Below are positions 27,706-35,369 of a stretch of DNA of 50,456 nt, one piece after another. Source of the DNA: Alphaproteobacteria bacterium. GTDB taxonomy: Bacteria > Pseudomonadota > Alphaproteobacteria > JAPULJ01. A program made the position numbers and the translations under genes. Below the pieces are notes generated by a model that ran no database searches, was not told where the DNA came from, and saw only the letters and a program-made list of their open reading frames with translations. Location: contig JAPULJ010000020.1 in assembly GCA_027295145.1 (NCBI GenBank), forward strand, positions 1 through 50,456. Reading direction: 5' to 3'. Position 1 is the stretch's first letter. Each line of letters begins with the position of its first letter.

Positions 27706-28172
27706 GCCGGACAAAGTTCATGAAGCGCGCCATCGCCCTGTCCTTCGAGATGATGGATAAAAACGCTGGCGGCCCCTTTGGCGCGGTGATCGTGCGGGAT
27801 GGGACGATCATCGCCGAGGGCCGCAATCAGGTCACTTCGGCCAATGATCCGACGGCCCATGCCGAGATCATGGCGATCCGCGAGGCGGCGCGCGTACTGG
27901 GCAGTTTTAAGCTCGAAGGATGCGAAATTTACACCAGCTGCGAGCCCTGCCCGATGTGCCTGGCGGCGATCTACTGGGCGCGGATCGAGCGCATTTTCTT
28001 CGCCAACGCGCGCAGCGATGCAGCCCGGATCGGCTTCGACGACGACCATATCTATCGCGAGGTCAGCCTGCCGCTGACCGAACGGGAGATCCCCACCGAA
28101 CAGCTCTTGCCTATCGAGGGGCGGGCCGCCTTCGATGCCTGGGACGCCAAACCCGACAAGATCGCCTACTGA
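27702..28172 (+). CDS. CMP/dCMP-type zinc deaminase, probably guanine deaminase
   Basis: HAEIMAIREA and SCEPCPMC zinc motifs; 156 aa. ATGA coupled to xdhC within the purine operon. The guanine substrate is inferred from context only. Confidence 0.75.
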   Translation: MSRTKFMKRAIALSFEMMDKNAGGPFGAVIVRDGTIIAEGRNQVTSANDPTAHAEIMAIREAARVLGSFKLEGCEIYTSCEPCPMCLAAIYWARIERIFFANARSDAARIGFDDDHIYREVSLPLTEREIPTEQLLPIEGRAAFDAWDAKPDKIAY

Positions 28173-28183
28173 GCGGAACTTGC

Positions 28184-29764
28184 ATGCCAGACAAGACAGT
28201 AAATACCGCCAAAACATCTGCGTCCGGCGCAGCTCCGCAACTCGAACTGCGCGGCATCACCAAGCGCTATCCCGGTGTACTTGCCAACGATGATATCAGC
28301 CTCGCCGTGGCAAGCGGCGGCGTCCATGCGCTGCTCGGCGAGAACGGTGCTGGAAAGAGCACGCTGGTCAAGATCATTTACGGGGTCGTCAAGCCCGATG
28401 CCGGCGAAATCCTCTGGGACGGCGCGCCAACGCAAATCCACAACCCGGCCCATGCGCGCCGACTGGGCGTCGGCATGGTGTTCCAGCATTTCAACCTCTT
28501 CGATACGTTGACGGTGGCCGAAAATATCTCGCTGGGGATGGATGATGCGGGCGATCTGAAGACCTTATCGGGGCGGGTCTCGGAAGTCTCGGAACGTTAT
28601 GGCCTGCCCATCGATCCGCGACGCCACGTCCATGCTCTATCGGTGGGCGAGCGTCAGCGGGTCGAGATCGTTCGCTGTCTCTTGCAAAGCCCCAGGCTGC
28701 TGATCATGGACGAGCCGACCTCCGTGCTCACTCCGCAGGAAGTCGACAAGCTGTTCGCCACCCTGCGGCGGCTCAGCGAGGAGGGGCGCAGCATCCTCTA
28801 TATCAGCCATAAACTTGAGGAAATCCGTGAGCTTTGCGACGACGCCACGGTGTTGCGCGGTGGCCGAGTCGCGGCCGTCTGCGATCCGCGCAAGGAAACC
28901 GCCAAGACCCTCGCCGAAATGATGATCGGAAGCGAAATTCCGGTGGTCGAGCGGCCCGGCGGGACCAAAGCTGGCAAACCCCGGCTCGAAGTCAAAGGCC
29001 TCAATCTGCCGTCAAACGATCCCTTCGGAACCTCGCTCAAGGATATCCAAATAAACGTACACGCCGGCGAAATCGTCGGCATCGCCGGTGTCGCCGGCAA
29101 CGGGCAGCGCGAGTTCCTGATGGCGCTTTCTGGTGAAGAAGTTGTCCGCGACAACGATGCGGTCCGCATCGACGGCCACCCTGTGGGCCGAATGAAGCCG
29201 GCGGGCCGGCGCGCCCGGGGCCTTGCATTCGTGCCCGAGGAGCGCCTGGGTCGCGGCGCAGTGCCGGAGATGAGCCTGGCCAATAATGCGCTGCTGACCG
29301 GCCACCGCACCGGTCTGGTCAAGCGCGGGCTGATCAAGTTCGAGCAGACCGACGAATTCGCGGGAAAAGTTCGTAGCGATTTCGATGTCAAAGCCGCCGG
29401 AGTCGAGGCCGAGGCGCGCAGCTTGTCCGGCGGCAATCTGCAGAAATTCATCATAGGCCGCGAGATTGGGCTGGAGCCGGGCCTGCTGATCCTCGCCTAC
29501 CCGACCTGGGGGGTCGATGTCGGGGCGGCGACGACGATCCACCGTGCCATCATTGCGCTGAAGGCTGTCAACACGGCCGTGCTGATCGTCTCCGAGGACC
29601 TCGATGAGCTGTTCGAAATCTGCGATCGCATTGCGGTGATCGCCGGAGGTCGGCTTTCACCTTTGCGCAACAACGGCGAGGCCAGCGCGCAAGAGCTGGG
29701 CCTGTGGATGAGCGGAGAGTTCGGCGACGCGCCGGACACGCAGCGAGCGTCCGGTGCGCATTAA
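28184..29764 (+). CDS. nucleoside/purine-type ABC transporter ATP-binding protein (two cassettes)
   Basis: GENGAGKST / LSVGERQRVEI / LLIMDEPTS, and a second cassette with LSGGNLQKFIIGRE. Start at ATG 28184 (MPDKTVNTAK...). Confidence 0.9.
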   Translation: MPDKTVNTAKTSASGAAPQLELRGITKRYPGVLANDDISLAVASGGVHALLGENGAGKSTLVKIIYGVVKPDAGEILWDGAPTQIHNPAHARRLGVGMVFQHFNLFDTLTVAENISLGMDDAGDLKTLSGRVSEVSERYGLPIDPRRHVHALSVGERQRVEIVRCLLQSPRLLIMDEPTSVLTPQEVDKLFATLRRLSEEGRSILYISHKLEEIRELCDDATVLRGGRVAAVCDPRKETAKTLAEMMIGSEIPVVERPGGTKAGKPRLEVKGLNLPSNDPFGTSLKDIQINVHAGEIVGIAGVAGNGQREFLMALSGEEVVRDNDAVRIDGHPVGRMKPAGRRARGLAFVPEERLGRGAVPEMSLANNALLTGHRTGLVKRGLIKFEQTDEFAGKVRSDFDVKAAGVEAEARSLSGGNLQKFIIGREIGLEPGLLILAYPTWGVDVGAATTIHRAIIALKAVNTAVLIVSEDLDELFEICDRIAVIAGGRLSPLRNNGEASAQELGLWMSGEFGDAPDTQRASGAH

Positions 29765-30851
29765 GCTCGAACCGCGCATCGCATCATCCCGGACAATGCG
29801 CTTCGCCGCGCCCGTACTGGCTGCAGGCGCGACGGTGATCCTTGGTGCGGTGCTTTTTGCGGCGCTCGGCACCAACCCGCTAACCGGGCTCTATGCTTTC
29901 TTCATCCAGCCGATCAGCGACCTCGACGGGGTGGCCGAGTTGGGGCTCAAGGCGGCGCCGCTGATCATCATCGGCATCGGACTGTCGGTCGGCTTTCGCG
30001 GCAATGTCTGGAACATCGGCGCCGAGGGCCAGCTTCTCATGGGCGCCATCTGCGGCGGCGGGGTGGCGCTGGCCTTCCATGGCGAGGGCGGCTTGTGGGT
30101 AATGCCGATCATGATCCTCGCCGGCGCCCTCGGTGGTATGGCATGGGCGGCGATCCCGGCGTTGCTGCGAACGCGCTTTAACGTCAACGAGATCCTCACC
30201 AGTCTGCTGCTGACCTACGTCGCGCTGCATGTCCTGAACTACATGGTGCGTGGGCCATGGACGGACCCCGACGGGCAGAACTTTCCCGAGACCCGCCTGT
30301 TCGAGGATTGGGGGCTGTTGCCAATCTTGATCGAAGGAACCCGCCTCAATGTCAGCGCGATATTCGCCATTCTGGTGGTCATAGCCGGTTGGGCATTCAT
30401 GCTTCGCAGCTTCGAGGGGTTCAAGGTCAACGTTGTTGGCCAGGCGCTCGACGCCGCGCGCTATGCCGGCTTTAGTCAGCGGCGCACGGTGTGGATCAGT
30501 TTCATGGTCAGCGGCGGGCTGGCCGGCCTGGCCGGGCTGGCCGAGGTCGCCGGCCCGGTTGGCCAACTCAACGCCACCTTCGCGCCGGGCTATGGGTTCG
30601 CGGCCATCATTATCGCCTTCCTTGGCCGCCTGCACCCGGTCGGCGTGACCGTCGCCTCGCTGCTCATGGCGCTGATGTTTCTGGGCGGCGAATCGTTGCA
30701 AATGAACCTCCACCTGCCCAAGGCGGTGACCGGCGTTTTCCAGGGCATGCTGCTGTTCCTGGTTCTCGCCTCCGACGTCCTGATCCGCTACCGGATCCGT
30801 ATCGTTCGGCCGCTCCCGGCGATATCCGATCCTACGGAGGCGTCGGGCTGA
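29754..30851 (+). CDS. ABC transporter permease (BMP/nucleoside system)
   Basis: Polytopic 365-aa ORF. The start is uncertain: GTG 29754, or ATG 29796 (MRFAAPVLAAG...). Confidence 0.85.
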   Translation: MRIKLEPRIASSRTMRFAAPVLAAGATVILGAVLFAALGTNPLTGLYAFFIQPISDLDGVAELGLKAAPLIIIGIGLSVGFRGNVWNIGAEGQLLMGAICGGGVALAFHGEGGLWVMPIMILAGALGGMAWAAIPALLRTRFNVNEILTSLLLTYVALHVLNYMVRGPWTDPDGQNFPETRLFEDWGLLPILIEGTRLNVSAIFAILVVIAGWAFMLRSFEGFKVNVVGQALDAARYAGFSQRRTVWISFMVSGGLAGLAGLAEVAGPVGQLNATFAPGYGFAAIIIAFLGRLHPVGVTVASLLMALMFLGGESLQMNLHLPKAVTGVFQGMLLFLVLASDVLIRYRIRIVRPLPAISDPTEASG

Positions 30852-31777
30852 TGGCGGAAGCCGAAATCCTGGCCCTACTGATCCTCACGCTGAAGGGGGC
30901 GGTGCCGCTGATATTTGCCGCCCTGGGCGAGCTCATCGTCGAGAAATCCGGCGTCCTCAATCTCGGCATTGAGGGGATGATGCTGATGGGCGCGGTGTTC
31001 GGCTTCATCGGTGCGGTAAGCACTGGCAGCCTGTTCGTCGGCGTTCTCGCGGGGACGGCGGCGGCCATCGTCGTTTCGCTGATTTTCGGCTTTCTGACCC
31101 TCTCGCTGATGGCCAATCAGGTGGCCACGGGGCTGGCTCTGACGATCTTCGGGATCGGGCTCAGCGCCTTCATCGGCAAGCCTTTCGAGAGCGCCACGCT
31201 GATCGGGATCAAGGATTTCGCAATCCCCGGGCTGAGTGCCATCCCCTTTGTCGGGCCGCTATTGTTCGAGCGCGACCCATTGTTCTATCTCTCACTTGTG
31301 ATGTTCGCGGCGGTTACCTGGTTCCTCTATCGCAGCCGCGCCGGGCTGATCCTGCGCGCCGTCGGCGAATCCCATGAGTCGGCGCACGGGCTCGGCTACC
31401 CGGTCATTCGCATCCGCTATTTGGCGGTGATGTTCGGCGCCGGCATGGCGGGGCTGGGCGGGGCTTATCTTTCGCTCGTCCTGACTCCCCAGTGGCAGGA
31501 GGATATGACCGCCCAGCGAGGTTGGATCGCCCTCGCCCTGGTGGTCTTCGCGACATGGCGGCCCGAACGCGTCCTGATCGGCGCCTGGCTGTTCGGTGGC
31601 TTGACCATTCTTAATTTCGCGGCCCAGGGGCGGGGGATCAGTATTCCGTCTGAATTTCTCGCCATTATCCCGTATATTGCCACCATCCTCGTCCTGGTCC
31701 TGATTTCGCGGGACGCAACCAAGATACGACTGAATGCCCCCGCCTCGCTCGGCAAAGCGTTCCATCCAAGCGATTAG
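30851..31777 (+). CDS. ABC transporter permease (BMP/nucleoside system)
   Basis: 308-aa polytopic ORF starting MAEAEILALLILTLKG at a TGATG overlap. The track's 30491 start lies inside the previous gene. Confidence 0.88.
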   Translation: MAEAEILALLILTLKGAVPLIFAALGELIVEKSGVLNLGIEGMMLMGAVFGFIGAVSTGSLFVGVLAGTAAAIVVSLIFGFLTLSLMANQVATGLALTIFGIGLSAFIGKPFESATLIGIKDFAIPGLSAIPFVGPLLFERDPLFYLSLVMFAAVTWFLYRSRAGLILRAVGESHESAHGLGYPVIRIRYLAVMFGAGMAGLGGAYLSLVLTPQWQEDMTAQRGWIALALVVFATWRPERVLIGAWLFGGLTILNFAAQGRGISIPSEFLAIIPYIATILVLVLISRDATKIRLNAPASLGKAFHPSD

Positions 31778-31856
31778 GGGGAAAGCAACAATGACTAATG
31801 CGTTACATTAGAAAATAGCAATAACCACCTTAACCGGAAGGATAACGGAGGGTAAT

Positions 31857-32945
31857 ATGAAACTCATCAAGACACTGAAAACCATTGCCGCCGGCACCGT
31901 GACGGCTGCGGCACTAACCGGCTTCGCGGCCGGTGCAAGCGCCGAGCAAACTAAGATCGGCTTCGTCTATGTCAGCCCGATCGGCGATGCCGGCTGGACC
32001 TACCAGCACGAGTTGGGCCGGCGCGCCATGGTCAAGGCTCTCGGCAGCAAGGTCAAAACGACTTTCGTCGAAGCGGTGAAGGAAGGCGCCGACGCCGAGC
32101 GGGTCATCCGCAAGCTGGCGGCCAGCGGCAACAAGATCATCTTCACGACATCGTTCGGCTATATGAACCCGACGATCAAAGTGGCCAAGCGCTTCAAAAA
32201 TGTGACGTTCATGCACGCCACCGGCTACAAACGCGCGAAGAACGTCGGCACTTATCTGGCGCGTTTTTACGAAGGCCGCTATCTGACCGGCATCGTCGCC
32301 GGCAAGATGAGCAAGTCTAACATCATCGGTTACGTCGCCGCCTTCCCGATCCCCGAAGTCGTCCGCGGCATCAATGCCTTCACGATCGGCGCGCGCAGCG
32401 TCAATCCTAAGGCGCAGATCCGGGTCATCTGGACCAGCAGCTGGTACGATCCCGGCAAGGAGCGTCAGGCGGCGGACACATTGATCGCGCAGGGCGCCGA
32501 TGTCATCACCCAGCACACCGATTCGACCGCGCCCGTTCAGGCGGCCGAGGCCAAGGGCGTTTACGCCATCGGTTACCATTCGGACATGTCCAAATACGGC
32601 AAGAAAGCCCATCTGACCGCGGCAACCCACGTCTGGGGCAATTACTACACCACGGTCGTCAAGGCGGTGTTGTCCGGGACATGGAAGTCCGGCGCGGTCT
32701 GGGGCGGCATCAAGGAGGGCATGATCAAGCTGGCGCCCTTCGGCCCCGCTGTTCCGGCGAGCCTCAAACAGCTCGTCGGCGAACGTGAGAAGGCGATCGC
32801 CGCGGGCACGCTGCACCCCTTCCAGGGCCCGGTCAAAGACCAGTCCGGCAAGGTCCGCATCGCCAAGGGCAAGACTATGTCCGACGGCGACCTGCTGGGC
32901 ATGAAGTGGTACGTCGAAGGCATCGTCGGCAAACTGCCCAAGTAG
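31857..32945 (+). CDS. BMP-family ABC transporter substrate-binding protein (purine nucleoside/base binding)
   Basis: Signal peptide, then KIGFVYVSPIGDAGWTYQHE... and ...ADVITQHTDS, typical of the Bmp/PnrA family. GGAGGG Shine-Dalgarno sequence. Confidence 0.9.
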   Translation: MKLIKTLKTIAAGTVTAAALTGFAAGASAEQTKIGFVYVSPIGDAGWTYQHELGRRAMVKALGSKVKTTFVEAVKEGADAERVIRKLAASGNKIIFTTSFGYMNPTIKVAKRFKNVTFMHATGYKRAKNVGTYLARFYEGRYLTGIVAGKMSKSNIIGYVAAFPIPEVVRGINAFTIGARSVNPKAQIRVIWTSSWYDPGKERQAADTLIAQGADVITQHTDSTAPVQAAEAKGVYAIGYHSDMSKYGKKAHLTAATHVWGNYYTTVVKAVLSGTWKSGAVWGGIKEGMIKLAPFGPAVPASLKQLVGEREKAIAAGTLHPFQGPVKDQSGKVRIAKGKTMSDGDLLGMKWYVEGIVGKLPK

Positions 32946-32978
32946 CAGTAATATCGGGCATTCGCGCTCGCTAAATAT

Positions 32979-33013
32979 GGGGCGGCTCACTGAACGGTGG
33001 GCCGCCTCTTTCT
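32979..33013 (+). terminator. candidate rho-independent terminator after the BMP gene
   Basis: GGCGGCTCAC / TGAAC / GGTGGGCCGCC forms a 10-bp stem with one mismatch, followed by TCTTTCT. Confidence 0.5.
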
Positions 33014-33025
33014 ATTAGCTTCGGT

Positions 33026-33646
33026 CTAAGCCAAGCGTGCCGCCATATTTTCGTCGGGGTAGGCGGTCAGGAGTGCTTGGACATCATCCATCGGGGTCGC
33101 CGGGTCCAGCCAGCTGCTGAACATATTGCGATCGAGGATCGCCGGCATGCGGGCCTTGGGGTGGTATTTCGTGACCAGATCGTTGGCGGCGACGGTGACG
33201 ATGGTGAAGCTCTCGAGGGGGCCGCCCGGCAGTTGCTCGGCGCGCTCCCACAGGCCGGCTATGGCGAACAGCCCGCCATCCTTCATGCCCAGCCAATGTT
33301 TGCGCTTCTCGCCGTCGATGACCGGCCATTCGTAGAAGCCGTCGGCCGGCACCAGACAGCGGCGGGACTTGAAAGGCTCGCGGTAGGACGGCCGTTCGGC
33401 CAGAGTCTCGCCGGCTGCGTTGAACATCGCATAGCGGCTCTTGACCTCTTTGGCCCAGCGCGGCACCAGCCACCAGCGCAGGCTAACCAGCTCGCGCGTG
33501 CCGGCAGCATCGAGACGCACTACCGGCGCCTGATCGGTCGGCCTGATATCGGGGCGAGGCTCGAGGTTGGTTGATGGCGGGCCGACGAGATCGAAGAGAT
33601 GCCGCATCGCCTCGAACGGGCTTGTTACGCTGTAGCGCGAGCAGAT
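33026..33646 (-). CDS. SOS-response-associated peptidase (SRAP/YedK, abasic-site crosslinking) with a non-canonical ATC in the initiator position
   Basis: The track ORF (33026-33607) lacks the family's obligatory N-terminal Cys2. The same frame stays open upstream and reads A-I-C-S-R-Y-S-V-T-S-P-F-E-A-M-R-H..., so the MCGR(Y/F)-type N-terminus is present but ATC (33646-33644) replaces ATG. Confidence 0.65.
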   Translation of the reverse strand: MCSRYSVTSPFEAMRHLFDLVGPPSTNLEPRPDIRPTDQAPVVRLDAAGTRELVSLRWWLVPRWAKEVKSRYAMFNAAGETLAERPSYREPFKSRRCLVPADGFYEWPVIDGEKRKHWLGMKDGGLFAIAGLWERAEQLPGGPLESFTIVTVAANDLVTKYHPKARMPAILDRNMFSSWLDPATPMDDVQALLTAYPDENMAARLA

Positions 33647-33663
33647 GGCAGGGACTCCCCAGC

Positions 33664-33760
33664 GCGGCGCACCTTCAAGTATGGTGCGCCTTATAAGTGC
33701 GGCGCATCTTCAAGTCTGGTGCGCCTTATAAGTGCGGCGCACGATCAAGTATGGTGCGCG
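33664..33760. repeat. 35-bp tandem repeat, 2.8 copies, each unit containing a GGCGCAC(C)/(G)GTGCGCC hairpin
   Basis: Unit 1 (33664-33698) is GCGGCGCACCTTCAAGTATGGTGCGCCTTATAAGT. Unit 2 (33699-33733) differs from it at 2 positions. Unit 3 (33734-33760) is partial and has 3 differences. Confidence 0.9.
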
Positions 33761-33996
33761 ATGACCCCAAGGGTCGGCCAATTCGGCCGTGCGTGCAAGT
33801 CGTGCGAGCCGCAGCCCGAACATCGCATACGCGCGGCAAGGCTGGGGACCGGGTAGCTGGGGCCCAAGCGGGCGAGCAGTTCCGCCGTCGGCACGACTGC
33901 GTGATGGTTGCACGATTCGCACCAACACCACACATCGATGCCCTCGCGGACGAGGTCGGCGAGGACGGCTGGTCTGGTTTCAGGTCGGCGGCGCAT
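33745..33996 (-). CDS. small conserved hypothetical zinc-ribbon-like protein (CxxC ... CxxC)
   Basis: 83-aa ORF from ATG 33996 with high GC3. WCWCESCNHHAVV...RMRCSGCGSHDLHARPNW resembles a small-protein family that is multi-copy in Rhizobiales (from memory). The track's 149-aa version adds an AT-rich, implausible N-terminus. Confidence 0.55.
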   Translation of the reverse strand: MRRRPETRPAVLADLVREGIDVWCWCESCNHHAVVPTAELLARLGPSYPVPSLAARMRCSGCGSHDLHARPNWPTLGVIAHHT

Positions 33997-34256
33997 GATG
34001 TGAGTATAGAACAAAATGGAAACATATACATGGAATTGACTTAGAATAATCGGGGTCAAAGCTAGGTTAACGGCAACCGGCTGGGTATTAAAACCAGCTG
34101 CGCCCCGCGCATGGGCATGGCGAGAAATCCCACATTGCATTGCCGGCCGGCCACCGCCAAAATCGTTCGACAGCGCGGATTCCGAGCTCGACACTGATCG
34201 GCGAATTCCAGAAAATTCCTAACGTCGCCCTACTGGGCAGAAAGCGAGTAAAAGAT

Positions 34257-35066
34257 ATGAGTGATCGATACGATGCTTACAAACGCCTGAAATTCGACCG
34301 CCCGGGGGAACGCATCCTGCGCATCACCCTCGATACGCCGGGTCGGCTCAATGCCGTTGATGAGGTCATGCACGACGAATTAGGCGCCGTATGGCGCGAC
34401 ATCGACGCCGACCCTGAGGTCTCGTGCGCCATCATCACCGGCGCGGGAGACGCTTTCTCTGCCGGCGGCGATCTCGAAATGGTCGAGAAAATTATCGACG
34501 GGTTCGAGGACCGGGCCCGCGCCTGGAAGGAAGCCCGCGACCTCGTCTACAATATCATCAACTGCTCCAAGCCGATTGTCTCGGCAATGACCGGACCGGC
34601 GGTGGGGGCGGGGCTTGTCGCCGGGCTGCTGGCCGACATTTCGATCGTCGGCAAGTCGGCGAAAATCATCGACGGGCACACGCGGCTGGGCGTTGCTGCG
34701 GGGGATCATTCGGTGATCATCTGGCCGCTGTTATGCGGCATGGCCAAGGCCAAGTACTACCTCTTGACCTGTGATGCACTGTCCGGTGAGGAAGCCGAAC
34801 GCATCGGTCTCGTATCCCTGTGCGTCGAGGACGACGTACTCCAGGAAACCGCCCTGAAAGTGGCTCAGAAGCTCGCCAACGGCGCGCCCTCGGCGATCCG
34901 CTGGACAAAATACGCACTCAACAACTGGCTGCGAATGATGGGGCCCAGTTTCGATGCCTCCTTGGCCCTCGAATTCATGGGCTTCTCGGGACCGGAGGTT
35001 AAAGAAGGCGTTGCCTCGCTGAAGGAAAAACGCAAACCCGATTTCCCGAAGGATGTGCCGCTGTAA
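34257..35066 (+). CDS. enoyl-CoA hydratase/isomerase (crotonase) family protein
   Basis: [14 protein letters not shown] oxyanion-hole motif; 269 aa from ATG 34257 ([17 protein letters not shown]...). Confidence 0.88.
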   Translation: MSDRYDAYKRLKFDRPGERILRITLDTPGRLNAVDEVMHDELGAVWRDIDADPEVSCAIITGAGDAFSAGGDLEMVEKIIDGFEDRARAWKEARDLVYNIINCSKPIVSAMTGPAVGAGLVAGLLADISIVGKSAKIIDGHTRLGVAAGDHSVIIWPLLCGMAKAKYYLLTCDALSGEEAERIGLVSLCVEDDVLQETALKVAQKLANGAPSAIRWTKYALNNWLRMMGPSFDASLALEFMGFSGPEVKEGVASLKEKRKPDFPKDVPL

Positions 35067-35101
35067 AAATTGTCGCGCCGTTGTCGCTCACTAAATTTGG
35101 C

Positions 35102-35311
35102 TTAACGCGCGCGCTGGGACTGGCGATAGAGCGCGTAGACAGTGATCGCAGCGAATATCGCCAGCGCCGGGAACAGTACAAAGTCGAGGTAACCGACGAT
35201 CGAAGATAGGCCGACACCGACGACGAGGATCACCAGGATCGGGGTCACACAACACACCGCGGCGACAACGGTCCCGACTACGCCGACCTTGAGCAATGTT
35301 TTGTCTTTCAT
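35102..35311 (-). CDS. merF: MerF-like mercury transporter (two TM helices, a single vicinal Cys pair)
   Basis: MKDKTLLKVGVVGTVVAAVCCVTPILVILVVGVGLSSIVGYLDFVLFPALAIF... aligns by eye with MerF. The canonical C-terminal CC pair is absent. Confidence 0.75.
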   Translation of the reverse strand: MKDKTLLKVGVVGTVVAAVCCVTPILVILVVGVGLSSIVGYLDFVLFPALAIFAAITVYALYRQSQRAR

Positions 35312-35369
35312 TGTGATCTTTCCTTCACGTGTGTTGCCCGTTCTCTATTTAGGTATCCAAGCTGCGATG

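Noticed and set aside
33664-33760. Possible CRISPR array.
   Set aside because: The repeats are directly abutting with no unique spacers, there are only 2.8 units, and there are no cas genes in the window.
33600-33760. LexA (SOS) box upstream of the SRAP gene.
   Set aside because: No GTTC-N7-GTTC / GAAC-N7-GAAC alphaproteobacterial motif is present. The closest candidate (GAAC-N6-GTTA at about 33613) lies inside the coding region and has the wrong spacing.
33599-34044. ORFs 33599-33856 (+), 33697-34044 (+) and 33710-34031 (-), which cross the tandem repeat.
   Set aside because: Their 'proteins' (e.g. KYGAPYKCGASSSLVRLISAAH) are simply translations of the 35-bp repeat units. They have no start context and conflict with the better-supported minus-strand small ORF.
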